From NCBI GenBank assembly GCA_964537055.1, contig CAZHYV010000003.1:25445-89444 (forward strand): a DNA stretch of 64,000 nt. The letters run 5' to 3'. Shown here in pieces: positions 49,846 to 58,690 of this stretch. The translations under genes were made by a program, and so were the position numbers. The notes under the pieces are model-generated. The model had not been told where the DNA came from and did no database searches. It saw nothing but the letters and a program-made list of their open reading frames with translations. Position 1 is the first letter of the stretch, and the number at the start of each line of letters is the position of its first letter. The DNA comes from an uncultured Myxococcales bacterium. GTDB lineage: Bacteria > Myxococcota_A > Polyangia > Palsa-1104 > JAEUJZ01.

Positions 49846-51119
49846 GCTGTTTGCTCAGAAAATGATTTACCCCGCGAAATACGAGCGCCTAACTTTGTTA
49901 GTTTCGCCTCCATTCGCTCGTACCCTCGGTCCAAATGATCAATCCCCTCGACCGTAGTAGCCCCTTTCGCTGAAAGCCCAGCAAGAACCAGACTGGCCGA
50001 GGCCCGCAAATCCGTGCCTTTTACCTGTGCTTTCGTGAAGTGTTCGATGCCTTGGATGGTTGCTACGCGTCCATTGAGGTTGATACGGGCTCCCATCTTC
50101 TGTAGCTCAAGCGCATGCATAAAACGGTTTTCAAAAATGGTTTCGTGGACTGTAGACTCTCCCTGGGCCAGGCAAGCGAGCGTCAAAAATTGGGCCTGCA
50201 AATCTGTTGGGAAGCCGGGGTAAGGTTCGGTTTTGATATGAAGTGGGTTCAAACGACGAGGGCACCGAATGAAAACAGACGTTTCTGAAACCTCGATCGT
50301 GGCGCCTGCTTGTTTTAAAAGGTTTAAGGCAGATTCCATATGGAAGGGATTGCAATTTGTGATGTTGACCTCTCCTTGGGTTAAACAGGCGGCCACCAAA
50401 AAGGTACCTGCTTCGATTCGATCTGGCATCACCGTGTACTCGATGGGGAAAAGTTCATCTGCCCCTTCAATATAAATCGTCGAAGTTCCTTCTCCTTCGA
50501 TCCGGGCACCCATGAGGCGCAATGCCTTGGCAAGGTCTTCTACCTCAGGCTCTTTGGCAGCGTTTTTGAGTACGGTGGTTCCCTTGGCCAAGGTGGCTGC
50601 CATGAGAAGATTCTCTGTCCCCGTGACAGTGGGCATGTCCAGGTGAATGGACGCCCCATGAAGCCGACGGGCCTTCGCAACAATGCAGCCCTGTTCCATC
50701 GTAATGTTAGCACCCATGGAAGCAAGGCCACGTAGGTGCTGGTCAACGGGGCGAGCTCCAATGGCATCGCCTCCGGGAAGAGCCAACCGTACGCGTCCAT
50801 ACCGAGCCACCAAGGGGCCTAGCAGCAGAATCGAAGCCCGAATGGCTTTCACCAAATCTGACGTCGCTTCAAAATGCTGAAGATGGTTTGTGGTTAGACG
50901 TAGGGTGTGCTGTTCATCAGAAAAAATGCTATTGGCCCCCAAGGTATGAAACAAGTTTGTGAGTGTAGCAATATCATCAAGCGCGGGGACATTCCTAAAT
51001 GTGCAGGTGGCTGTCGTTAGCAGCGAAGAGCAAAGCAAAGGGAGTGCGGCATTTTTTGCACCCGAGATGGCAACCTCGCCACGAAGAGGCGTAATTCCTT
51101 CAACAATCATTTGATCCAT
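49842..51119 (-). CDS. murA: UDP-N-acetylglucosamine 1-carboxyvinyltransferase
   Basis: [34 protein letters not shown] (Asp in place of the fosfomycin-target Cys), PGFPTDLQ and DLRASA. Confidence 0.97.
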   Translation of the reverse strand: MDQMIVEGITPLRGEVAISGAKNAALPLLCSSLLTTATCTFRNVPALDDIATLTNLFHTLGANSIFSDEQHTLRLTTNHLQHFEATSDLVKAIRASILLLGPLVARYGRVRLALPGGDAIGARPVDQHLRGLASMGANITMEQGCIVAKARRLHGASIHLDMPTVTGTENLLMAATLAKGTTVLKNAAKEPEVEDLAKALRLMGARIEGEGTSTIYIEGADELFPIEYTVMPDRIEAGTFLVAACLTQGEVNITNCNPFHMESALNLLKQAGATIEVSETSVFIRCPRRLNPLHIKTEPYPGFPTDLQAQFLTLACLAQGESTVHETIFENRFMHALELQKMGARINLNGRVATIQGIEHFTKAQVKGTDLRASASLVLAGLSAKGATTVEGIDHLDRGYERMEAKLTKLGARISRGKSFSEQTA

Positions 51120-51231
51120 AGATGGATATAAGATGTATCAGTCCTTGCGGGATCTCGCAACTTCCTCGAAGAGAAATCTTTCTCAGTCGCTGAAATTATC
51201 ATTTTTCAAGGATTAGGTTGAGTTAGAATGG

Positions 51232-51858
51232 TTAGGTATTTTTTACCAGTGTAATAACTCGCTGGGGATAGACTGCCGCTTCGGTTTCTGTCTTTTGTGC
51301 CATGCCCATGGCCCGTGTAAGAACAAACTCAACCGCGCGTACTCGCTCTTGCATCGAGGGTGTATGAATGGGCAGGTAAGGGACCCCAAACTGCTCCAAA
51401 AACAACTTTACCATGCCGTCTGTACGCACGACCGATTCCCAATCAACCCCAGCACGAACTCCATCTTCTTTCAGCAGGATTGGATGAGGACGGATGAAGA
51501 AGACAACCCCCTGGCAGACCCACTCCATATATTTGCGGAATTCTTCCCCTCCATCATGGTACATGATGTCTTTGAGCATGGTAGTGTAGTCTCCCGCGTA
51601 GGCAAGATTATCAAACGCTCGATCAGACACAAACCCTTTCTCCTGCAGACGCTCGGTTGCGATTTGGCGCTGGAACACACGTTTTTGGTACTCGGCCACT
51701 TGGTCCATATCTGTGCGAAGGGTATCGAAATTGGTTTCCAGCTCTGCCAGAACGCTGCGGGCGACCTCGGTAATCATAGGCAGGCCGTAATGACGGCTGA
51801 CCCAACGAGCCATGGTTGTTTTTCCAGTTGCGTGCGATCCCACAAAATAAATGCGCAT
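51232..51858 (-). CDS. AAA_28 / NadR-like P-loop kinase-fold protein
   Basis: GSHATGKTT Walker A, EVAR and VSDRAFDNLAY motifs. Confidence 0.75.
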   Translation of the reverse strand: MRIYFVGSHATGKTTMARWVSRHYGLPMITEVARSVLAELETNFDTLRTDMDQVAEYQKRVFQRQIATERLQEKGFVSDRAFDNLAYAGDYTTMLKDIMYHDGGEEFRKYMEWVCQGVVFFIRPHPILLKEDGVRAGVDWESVVRTDGMVKLFLEQFGVPYLPIHTPSMQERVRAVEFVLTRAMGMAQKTETEAAVYPQRVITLVKNT

Positions 51859-51985
51859 GGGTAGGAACTAGCCATAGCTTGGGCTTTGCTGTCAAGTTGG
51901 AACGAAAAAAGTTTCTTCTGTGACAATGAATATTTCAGAAAATACAAATCCTTGCTATAGAGGGGATCCGACATAAAGGATCATT

Positions 51986-52861
51986 ATGAGCATAGGCGCA
52001 GCATTTTTGGTAACAGTCCTGATTCCTCCGGGAGACCATCATGATTTAGGAAGGAGGTATCTCCTGGCTCCTGATGGGACGACCTTGGGAAATAGTGCGG
52101 AGGCAGATATTTTACTTCGGCTGGATTCATCAACTCCTTGCCATGTGCGGTTGAGGCAAGAGGACGACTCTTGGTACCTTGTAGATTTGGCAGAATTTAG
52201 TGGGGCTTATATCAATGGGCTCATTGTCCAAAATAGTCAGATTTTCGACGGAGATATCTTACAAATTGGTTCCCTGGGTTTCGAATTTTGTTCAGGAACT
52301 GGTATCAAAATAGGTTACTTTGAACAAATCGAGCACCTCTTACAGGAGGATTTTCTCACGCGTGCTTATAATCGAAGTTTTTCGATGAATCTTCTTCAAC
52401 TTGAGGTAAGTCGATACAATCGATGGCTGACGGATGAAAAAGATCCCTTCTCTCCAAGGAGGCCCAACCCGATTTCACTCATTTTTATAGATACAGATAA
52501 CTTTGGAATGATTAACAAAAAGTATGGGCATGCTGTAGGGGATGGCGTGTTACGAGAAATGGTACGTCGTGTCAAACTAGGTCTTCGACCTACAGACATT
52601 ATTGCTCGATACGGAGGTGAAGAATTTGTGGTTGTTCTTTTGGATACACCCTTAGATTATGCAAAAGAGACAGCGGAAGAAATTCGACAATCTATTGCAA
52701 ATACACCTTTTCTTGTGGATGAGCAACGGGCAGTTGAGATGACCGTTTCCTGCGGAGTTTCTGAATTGGAAGCAGGCATGGATGCAAATGCCCTGGTCCA
52801 ATCTGCCGACGCAAAAATGAGATTAGCAAAGAATCAGGGAAAAAACCGGATTGTTGTTTGA
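51986..52861 (+). CDS. FHA-GGDEF diguanylate cyclase
   Basis: N-terminal FHA-like region, DFLTRAYNR, NKKYGHAVGD, RPTD I-site and intact ARYGGEEF. Confidence 0.92.
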   Translation: MSIGAAFLVTVLIPPGDHHDLGRRYLLAPDGTTLGNSAEADILLRLDSSTPCHVRLRQEDDSWYLVDLAEFSGAYINGLIVQNSQIFDGDILQIGSLGFEFCSGTGIKIGYFEQIEHLLQEDFLTRAYNRSFSMNLLQLEVSRYNRWLTDEKDPFSPRRPNPISLIFIDTDNFGMINKKYGHAVGDGVLREMVRRVKLGLRPTDIIARYGGEEFVVVLLDTPLDYAKETAEEIRQSIANTPFLVDEQRAVEMTVSCGVSELEAGMDANALVQSADAKMRLAKNQGKNRIVV

Positions 52862-52913
52862 TTATTCTTAACGAAGGTCTTATCAGGATAAATAGAGAAA
52901 AGAGGCAGATTTT

Positions 52914-53906
52914 ATGCAAATCAATGGCTGGCGAGCCCCAGATTACAACCATATTGACCTAACTCAGCAGATTGCCCAGCAGTTTTCAAGGCCTGAGGGA
53001 GGTTCCATTGATCAATCGTTTCATTATATCGACCCTTATGGGGCCTCAGAGTGGTATTCTATTTGTCGTCAGTCTCATTATCTATCCATGTTTGACAATC
53101 TACCGGTTGATTGGCCTGACTGGCTGGCAAAAATTGTACTGCATCATATAAAGCAAACCTCTTTCCACCCAGGCAAGGTAGATGTCGTTGGCTTGGGGGT
53201 GGGGGATGGGCAGAAAGAAACGCTGGTCTGTAGTGGACTTTACCGAGCCAGCGCATGGCAGCGGTTACGATGTTTTTTGGTTGATCTGAGTCCTGCCTTG
53301 TTAACCGAAGCCCATACTCACTTTGTTGATACATTTACAGATAAGAGGAATGTAGAGTCAAAATGGATTTTGGGAGATTTTCATCAACTTCCCAAATACA
53401 AAGAATTGTTTGCTGATCCAGTCGATGCCCATGTAATACGAATTGCTACCATGTTTGGGGAAACCCTGGCCAATCTACGGAATGAGAGAGATTTTATTCA
53501 ACATAGCTTAAAAGCGTTTAAACCGGGCGACTTGCTTATTGTCGATGTGGCTTTAGGATTTGCGCCTCACGATCGTCCTGATCTTATCCAGAAAGCAGAT
53601 CCCTTTTTCCAATCAACGACAGTGAAAGATTGGATGATTCGAAGCTTAAAACGGAATCGTCCTGGCGTTCGAGAGATTCAACTTGAGATGCTGGTGAAGC
53701 ACGGCCTCTCTGCATTTCCAAATGCATATACGATTGAGATTCAGGCAACGGCTGATCAAAGATCCGTGTTTTCCCTTTTACAGCAGCACCGTTACGTTGC
53801 AGACGATTTTGTAAAAACTTTTATGTCATTAGGATGGAGACCTTTGGAAGGTAGACAATATGGCTATCTGAAGCGACAGCTCATTTATATTTTTGCGAAA
53901 AAATAA
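52914..53906 (+). CDS. EgtD-like (Methyltransf_33 fold) SAM-dependent methyltransferase, paralogue 1
   Basis: GLGVGDGQKE, CFLVDLS, GDF, FGETLAN and PGDLLIVDV motifs. Confidence 0.7.
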   Translation: MQINGWRAPDYNHIDLTQQIAQQFSRPEGGSIDQSFHYIDPYGASEWYSICRQSHYLSMFDNLPVDWPDWLAKIVLHHIKQTSFHPGKVDVVGLGVGDGQKETLVCSGLYRASAWQRLRCFLVDLSPALLTEAHTHFVDTFTDKRNVESKWILGDFHQLPKYKELFADPVDAHVIRIATMFGETLANLRNERDFIQHSLKAFKPGDLLIVDVALGFAPHDRPDLIQKADPFFQSTTVKDWMIRSLKRNRPGVREIQLEMLVKHGLSAFPNAYTIEIQATADQRSVFSLLQQHRYVADDFVKTFMSLGWRPLEGRQYGYLKRQLIYIFAKK

Positions 53907-53927
53907 ACTCGTCTAAAAAGGAAAGGA

Positions 53928-54923
53928 ATGGCCATGCAAATCAAAACGTTACAAGATCCAAATTACGACTACAAACAATTGCTCGAAAAAGGAAAACAGC
54001 AATGTTCTAACCCAAAAGGGGGAATTGTAGAGCAATCCTTTTTTTATCTTGATCCCCTAAGTGCAAAAGCATGGAGTGGGATATCACACCGGTCAAAGTA
54101 CATATCGACGTTTGATAATCTTACCTTGGATTGGCCGGAATGGATCACACAGACCATTTTGCAGCAAATTCAAACTTCGGGGTTTGACCCAAACAAAGTA
54201 GACGTGATTGGCTTAGGGATGGGAGATGGCTATAAAGAATTGTTATTATCACGAGGATTGGACAGAACAAACCAATTTCATCAGCTCCGCTGTTTTTTGC
54301 TAGATCTGAGCCCTGAACTTGTCAAAGAGTCTCAGAAGAGCTTTGAGAAAGAGTTCGCCGGAAGGCCTCACGTCCAAGCCATTGGATACCTGGGGGATTT
54401 CCACCATTTATCCGAGTATAAAGATATCTTCTATCGCCCTGAAGATCAAAATATACTACGGGTTGGCACAATGTTTGGAACCTTAGTTTCGCTAAGGACA
54501 GAAAAGCAATTTATCGAAGAATGTTCAAAGGCATTTAAACCAAAAGATCTGTTGCTGATTGATGTATCCCTAGGGTTTGCCCCCCACGACCGCCCGGATT
54601 TGATTCAAGAAAAGGACCCTTTCTTTCAGGGACAAAGCAGCATCGAATGGATTGGGGAAGTATTCCGGCGCTATCATAATCCTTCAGCAGACATACGGTT
54701 TGACTTTTCTGTGAAGCAAGGTGAGTCTATCTTTCCAAACACCTATACTTTGGAAATTCAGGCAATCACTGAGGAACAAACGAAATTTTCTTTATTCCAA
54801 AGGCACCGATACAGTGCTAAGGAGTTTATAGAAACATTTGCAGAGTTAGGTTGGAAGCCGCTCCAAGGGAGGCAGTATGGTTATGACAACCGGCAGCTCA
54901 TCTATATTTTTGCAAAGGACTAA
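53928..54923 (+). CDS. EgtD-like SAM-dependent methyltransferase, paralogue 2
   Basis: GLGMGDGYKE, CFLLDLS, GDF and DLLLIDV; collinear with paralogue 1. Confidence 0.7.
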   Translation: MAMQIKTLQDPNYDYKQLLEKGKQQCSNPKGGIVEQSFFYLDPLSAKAWSGISHRSKYISTFDNLTLDWPEWITQTILQQIQTSGFDPNKVDVIGLGMGDGYKELLLSRGLDRTNQFHQLRCFLLDLSPELVKESQKSFEKEFAGRPHVQAIGYLGDFHHLSEYKDIFYRPEDQNILRVGTMFGTLVSLRTEKQFIEECSKAFKPKDLLLIDVSLGFAPHDRPDLIQEKDPFFQGQSSIEWIGEVFRRYHNPSADIRFDFSVKQGESIFPNTYTLEIQAITEEQTKFSLFQRHRYSAKEFIETFAELGWKPLQGRQYGYDNRQLIYIFAKD

Positions 54924-54949
54924 AGCTTACGAAAGGGAGTTACAAAGAT

Positions 54950-55939
54950 ATGCAAGCAAATGGCTGGCGAGCCCCAGATTATAATCAGCTGCTTCTGACT
55001 CGGGATATCAAACACCAGTTTTCTGCACCCAAAGGAGGAGCGATTGACGTAGCTTGCTTTTTTGTAGATCCCTATGGAGCTGCAGATTGGTGTTCTGCTG
55101 CCCAAGAAGATAGATATCTCTCTACGTTTGAGGTGCCTCCTGATTGGATTTTTTGGATTGCAGGGCTTATCTCTCGCCATCTCAAAGATACCTATTTTCT
55201 TCAAGACCAAATTGATGTCATTGGGCTAGGTGCGGGAGATGGCCGCAAAGAGACCGCTTTGTGTGATGGGCTTTTACAGACAAACGTTTTTCAAAAATTG
55301 CGATGCTTCTTTGTCGATATTAGTCCTACTTTGGCAATAGAGTCCCATGGACATTTCGTTCAATACTTCGGAGAGAGTCCTCTGGTGGAATCGAATTGGA
55401 TCTTAGGAAACTTTTTCCATCTCCCTCGGTACACCAATTTATTTTACAATCCAGATGATGTAAATCGGCTGCGAGTCGGATGTGTGCTAGGAGGAATCTT
55501 TGGGGTCATTCTTCATGAGGTGGGTCTTATTGAACAGAGTCTACGGGCATTTAAAACAGGAGACCTTGTCATTGTAGATGTCTGCCTAGGATTTGCGCCT
55601 CCCGATCAGAAAGAATTAATTCAAAAGCAAGACCCTTCGTTTAATACAACTCATGGGCTCAAATGGATTGCGGGCGTGATCCGAAGAAACCGTCCCGACT
55701 TGTCTAGTTTGCGATTTCAGTATGAAGTAAAACGGGGGCTTTCTACCATACCAGACACGTATACGATTGAAACCCTGGCAACCATTGATGAACAAGCGGT
55801 CTTTTCTGTATACCGCAAACACCGGTATTCCAAAGAGGGACTGCTTGGAACTTTTGCGAAATTAGGGTGGCGTCTTTTAGAGAGCAAGCACTACGGACGA
55901 GACGACCGTCAGCTGATTTCTGTGTTTGTTAAAGAATAG
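54950..55939 (+). CDS. EgtD-like SAM-dependent methyltransferase, paralogue 3
   Basis: GLGAGDGRKE, CFFVDIS, GNF and GDLVIVDV; collinear with paralogues 1 and 2. Confidence 0.7.
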   Translation: MQANGWRAPDYNQLLLTRDIKHQFSAPKGGAIDVACFFVDPYGAADWCSAAQEDRYLSTFEVPPDWIFWIAGLISRHLKDTYFLQDQIDVIGLGAGDGRKETALCDGLLQTNVFQKLRCFFVDISPTLAIESHGHFVQYFGESPLVESNWILGNFFHLPRYTNLFYNPDDVNRLRVGCVLGGIFGVILHEVGLIEQSLRAFKTGDLVIVDVCLGFAPPDQKELIQKQDPSFNTTHGLKWIAGVIRRNRPDLSSLRFQYEVKRGLSTIPDTYTIETLATIDEQAVFSVYRKHRYSKEGLLGTFAKLGWRLLESKHYGRDDRQLISVFVKE

Positions 55940-55955
55940 TAGCTGTTGTTCTGAC

Positions 55956-56795
55956 CTAAAAGTACCAGATGGCCCCAAGATTCAGCTGTCCTCCTAGACG
56001 GGCGTTTGCATAGTTCCAGCCCAGATCGTCTCCTTTATTAATCAAACCTTCCATGAGAAATTGACCTTCTGCATGCAGTACCAGATGAGGAAGTGGTTTC
56101 AGGCGAAATTCTGCACCCACTCCTAAATAGGCTCCCAGCGAAAATAGATGATAACTACTTACCTGCTCAGAAGGAGGGGCCTGAGAAAGAACCCGTATAT
56201 TGATTTGAGGAAATAACATCGAAAATTGAGGCCCTATGCTAAGATAAGGCATAATGAACAAAGGGCTTGGAATGGTGTTTGGCAGAGGGCGAAGGTAAAT
56301 CCTGAGGATTGCCGTCAGATTCATTTCTTGGAGAAGATTTCCATTACTATCATACTCGCTGGTAGCTAGATAACCAAGCCCAAATCCCACACTGAACCTT
56401 GGATGGGCACGCAGCATCATATTTCCCTGGAACCCTCCCTGGTAGTAATGGTTCGCTAGGTAAGCACCAATGTAACCAGGGCTTACGTACTGGATACCCC
56501 TTGCTGGGATCAAGGTAAGGCCTGCCCCAACCTGGAAGCGAAAAGGAGCTTGCTTCAGTTGTTCTGCTTGTGATTGTTCTGCGGGAGGGCTTGTAATTCC
56601 AGCAGGTGCAGATGGCTCCTGTAGAGTTGAAAGCTTCTCAGAAGAAGAAGATCTGGGAGAAGGAGCAAAGCTTGGCACGGAAACGGGAGTTTGTGGTTTT
56701 GGCAAAGAGCGAGGAGAGCGTTTAATTCCTAGGGCCGGATCAACGAAACAAAAAGTAGCTATGATTGCAAGAGAGAACAATTTCGTATTCGTCAT
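55956..56795 (-). CDS. Putative outer-membrane beta-barrel protein
   Basis: Signal peptide, Pro/Ser-rich linker, amphipathic strands and terminal GAIWYF. Confidence 0.6.
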   Translation of the reverse strand: MTNTKLFSLAIIATFCFVDPALGIKRSPRSLPKPQTPVSVPSFAPSPRSSSSEKLSTLQEPSAPAGITSPPAEQSQAEQLKQAPFRFQVGAGLTLIPARGIQYVSPGYIGAYLANHYYQGGFQGNMMLRAHPRFSVGFGLGYLATSEYDSNGNLLQEMNLTAILRIYLRPLPNTIPSPLFIMPYLSIGPQFSMLFPQINIRVLSQAPPSEQVSSYHLFSLGAYLGVGAEFRLKPLPHLVLHAEGQFLMEGLINKGDDLGWNYANARLGGQLNLGAIWYF

Positions 56796-56993
56796 TGTGG
56801 TGAGAATATATAACCAGTTATCATTACAATACAAGCAGAGGATGTCTTAAAAGATTCTCTCTGCAAAATGAAGAGGTTTATCTGATCATGATGACGGTTC
56901 TTTACAAACCCTGCGAGCGAGTCGTTGTTAGATCCTCACTTCAAGAAAGTAAGGAAAATTGCTCTTTCCTCTTTATTTTTGCAAACTAACCCG

Positions 56994-57401
56994 ATGAAAA
57001 CAAAAAACTTCCTCTTTGTTAGTTTACTTACAGCTTCCACGTTTCTTTCTTTTTCTGCTTTAGGAGAAGACACAAAAGAACCTCCACCACCTGCACCGTC
57101 TACCGAAATGCGGACGGTTGTACCAAAAATGACACCATTCTGTACGTCGATGAAGGCGGTTGCTAAGCGTTGTGGAACCAAAGAAAACGAATTTATTTGG
57201 GAAGATTCAGATGATAGTGCATGTCCTACGGCTTTAGAAGGGGTGACCGCAATCAATGCAAAAGCGGTTGCTGCAGCCACTTCGCAGATAGCCCGATGCG
57301 AAAAGGTAAAGGATTGCAAAAAGGCGGTAGCGTGTGCAGATAAACCCTTTAAGGCCCTTGGGAAGATCGTACAAGAGCACGAAGCCAAGAATAAAAAGTA
57401 A
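56994..57401 (+). CDS. Hypothetical secreted Cys-rich protein
   Basis: MKTKNFLF signal peptide followed by a small domain with six Cys. Confidence 0.65.
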   Translation: MKTKNFLFVSLLTASTFLSFSALGEDTKEPPPPAPSTEMRTVVPKMTPFCTSMKAVAKRCGTKENEFIWEDSDDSACPTALEGVTAINAKAVAAATSQIARCEKVKDCKKAVACADKPFKALGKIVQEHEAKNKK

Positions 57402-57423
57402 AGAGCTTCCCTTTCATGAAGGC

Positions 57424-57446
57424 GCCTTCCTCTGCGAAGGCTTCTT
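57424..57446 (+). terminator. Possible intrinsic terminator
   Basis: GCCTTC-6nt-GAAGGC followed by TTCTT, between convergent genes. Confidence 0.35.
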
Positions 57447-57540
57447 GCTAGATATCTCCTTCTTGCCGGATATTTCCTTCTTACGTATCTAGTTCATCCT
57501 TCATTTCGTATAAAATACTTCAAGCTGAAGTCTTTTTAGG

Positions 57541-58566
57541 TTAGCAGACTGTCTGAAGACGTTTTTCTATTAATGCAGGCGTAATGAACACAGTCTGCCC
57601 TTTTAGCTCCGGAGCCTCAAACATAATGTCATGGCATACCTCCTCCAAAAGAGCTCGAAGGCCTCTAGCGCCAATATGTTTTTGCAAAGCATGACGGGCA
57701 AGGCTGCGTAGTGCTTCATCCTCAAATTGAAGATGAACTCCGTCTAGCTCAAGAAGAGCTTGATACTCACGGATCAAAGAATCTGGGGGCTCGATCAGAA
57801 TCTCTACCAGCTGGTCCTCTGTAAGTGGATCAAGTTGAACTCGATTCGGGAACCTCCCGAGGAATTCTGGGAGAAGCCCATATTCTTGGAGCTCCTTAAT
57901 TTCAATGGACTTCCCTCGGATGGGAGACTGGTTCCCAAATCCTGGAGGGACGCGAGTAGACGCTTGTTTTAGATTCCCAAACGTGCCTGCTGCGACAAAG
58001 AGGATGTCACTGGTATCCAGTTGGATTAGCTCCTGTTTGGTCCATTGCTGTGTTAAATTGGTGGGAACCAACACTTCTCTCCCCTCTAGTAGCTTGAGCA
58101 GGGCTTGTTGGACTCCTTCGCCACCAATATCCCGAAATCCAGTCATCTGGACTCCTTGCGACCGGCTTGCAATTTTATCAATTTCATCGATGAAAATAAT
58201 ACCACGTTGTGCTTCTTCAAGGGAGTGATGGGCCTTATGCAAAAGCTCGGCTACCATTACCTCGACATCTTTTCCATGATAACCGGCCTGGGTGTAGTCA
58301 GTCGCATCCGTGATGCAAAAGGGGACTTGCAAAAACTCGGCAAGCTTTTGGGCAAGGTAGGTTTTCCCACAACCCGTAGGGCCCATTAAGAGCAGGTTTG
58401 CCTTTTTGATCAACTTACGTTTTGTCTTAGGAAGCCCACATCGTTTTAAATGGTTATAGGCAGCAATCGCTAAGGCTCGTTTGGCCTGAGACTGACCAAT
58501 GATATACTCGTTTAAGTAAGAGAAAATCTCCCTTGGGGTGGGAAGCCGTCGTTCCATCGGGAGCAT
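57541..58566 (-). CDS. clpX: ClpX-like AAA+ unfoldase lacking the N-terminal zinc-binding domain
   Basis: IIGQSQAKRAL, KANLLLMGPTGCGKT, IIFIDEIDK, GEGVQQALLKLLEG, GLLPEFLGR and GARGLR. Start about 58566-58584, since the longer ORF overlaps the PBP gene. Confidence 0.85.
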   Translation of the reverse strand: MLPMERRLPTPREIFSYLNEYIIGQSQAKRALAIAAYNHLKRCGLPKTKRKLIKKANLLLMGPTGCGKTYLAQKLAEFLQVPFCITDATDYTQAGYHGKDVEVMVAELLHKAHHSLEEAQRGIIFIDEIDKIASRSQGVQMTGFRDIGGEGVQQALLKLLEGREVLVPTNLTQQWTKQELIQLDTSDILFVAAGTFGNLKQASTRVPPGFGNQSPIRGKSIEIKELQEYGLLPEFLGRFPNRVQLDPLTEDQLVEILIEPPDSLIREYQALLELDGVHLQFEDEALRSLARHALQKHIGARGLRALLEEVCHDIMFEAPELKGQTVFITPALIEKRLQTVC

Positions 58567-58690
58567 TCTGGGGGGTGATCTCATAGAAGCTACTGTACTT
58601 AAGACGTCTTTACTTTGCAAACCCCCTTCGCTTGGAGAGAAGACCCACAGCTTGATTTTTCCGCCTGCTTTTGGTACGTAGGTAGAAACT

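Noticed and set aside
52914-55939. Calling the methyltransferases egtD of ergothioneine synthesis
   Set aside because: No egtB or other egt gene is in the window, and three diverged copies are not expected for that pathway.
56936-57388. 150-aa antisense ORF, and similar long shadows such as 37780..38250, 22219..22656 and 30468..30899
   Set aside because: They lie antisense to well-supported genes and have no motifs or RBS of their own.
57451-57484. Two imperfect 16-bp direct repeats, reading AAGAAGGAGATAT (T7 g10-like RBS) on the minus strand
   Set aside because: Only two copies, no start codon follows, and it is too short for CRISPR; probably coincidence.
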